From assembly GCA_000934665.2 (NCBI GenBank), contig JYFJ02001557.1:56606-76605 (forward strand): 20,000 nt of DNA. The letters are read 5' to 3'. The notes under the pieces are model-generated. The model was not told the origin of the DNA and ran no database searches. It was given only the letters and a program-made list of their open reading frames with translations. Position 1 is the stretch's first letter; each line of letters begins with the position of its first letter. Positions 19,465 to 20,000 of this stretch are shown in pieces. The position numbers and the translations under genes are program-made. Origin of the DNA: Catajapyx aquilonaris. Lineage: Eukaryota.

Positions 19465-19643
19465 GACCGGCATAGGTTGGCATAGTGGATAAGGCGTCCG
19501 ACTGCTAATTGGGAGGTCCTGGGTTCGAATCCCGGTGCCGGCAACCTGACCGTGGTTTTCTGTGGTTTTCCACGGTCTTTCTATGATAATTCCGGGGTCG
19601 CTTCCGTATAATAGGTCACAGCCGCTTCCTTCCTTCCCTATCC
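19465..19643 (+). mobile_element. tRNA-derived SINE, copy 2
   Basis: A-box TGGCATAGTGG (19478-19488), B-box GGTTCGAATCC (19522-19532), tRNA-Arg-like GGATAAGGCGTCCGACT, CCGGCA/TGCCGG acceptor-like stem; about 100-nt body homologous to copy 1. Confidence 0.9.
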
Positions 19644-19683
19644 TTGGAGGTTGAAAGGCAATGCTGGGCCAACCTCCCTAATA

Positions 19684-20000
19684 TCTATATAAATAAAGCC
19701 GTTTGTGAGTCTGTCTGTCTGTCTGTCTGTCTGCCAACCGTCATTTGCCTGCCATTTTAGAACTTGTTCGATTGGTAAGTTCGACGTGCCTATCTGAATA
19801 TTATGGGTAAGTCCTGCTATTACCCATCAATTGCGATTTGCGAACCTCACAAGCTCAGACATTGTTGGCAAAGCGGTCGGCACTATAGCAAAATCACTTG
19901 AATTCCCCAAAATATTAGAGGTTGCCAAATATATTAAACATCCCTTATTCATTCAGCTTTAGAATAGCTGTGGCGTCACAATGAGCAACGATATTTTTAT
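19684..20000 (+). mobile_element. Putative 5' part of a non-autonomous Helitron-like element
   Basis: A|TCTATATAAATAAAG followed within about 25 nt by (GTCT)6, the usual 5' layout of microsatellite-carrying animal Helitrons. The 3' CTAG end is not seen, so the extent is uncertain. Confidence 0.55.
19709..19733 (+). repeat. (GTCT)6 microsatellite
   Basis: gtctgtctgtctgtctgtctgtctg read directly. Confidence 0.95.

Noticed and set aside
19465..19543. Functional tRNA-Ser(GCT) gene (also 10532-10611)
   Set aside because: No long variable arm, extra bases before the A-box, and both copies share a ~100-nt non-tRNA body, which indicates a SINE.
19803..19860. Upstream kinase exon ending GG|GTAATA (would complete a DFG-like Gly)
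   Set aside because: The required frame has a TGA seven codons upstream and no kinase motif.

Overview
Eukaryotic, very probably invertebrate animal, genomic DNA: AT-rich, intron-containing and transposon-dense. Three main things are visible. (1) The last two exons of a minus-strand TKL-type protein kinase gene (17865-18048 and 15441-16163). They join in frame across a GT-AG intron, and the tail carries a 15-Glu run and an unexpected WH2/central-helix/acidic-Trp (WCA-like) C-terminus. (2) A minus-strand multi-exon locus at about 98-5921 that starts with a type II membrane/coiled-coil ORF and continues through phase-compatible exon candidates with in-frame stops (mostly TGA) and frameshifts. 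It is most simply a decayed glycosyltransferase-like pseudogene; the family is not resolved. (3) Many non-autonomous elements: two copies of an 8-bp-TSD MITE, a Sola2-like MITE with a nested tRNA-SINE, a TA-TSD Tc1/mariner-type foldback MITE, a 77-bp CACTG mini-element, two tRNA-derived SINE copies, a V-domain-like SINE, two LINE ORF2 3' remnants, a Tigger-like end and a Helitron-like 5' end. All family assignments come from motif recognition by eye; no database search was run.
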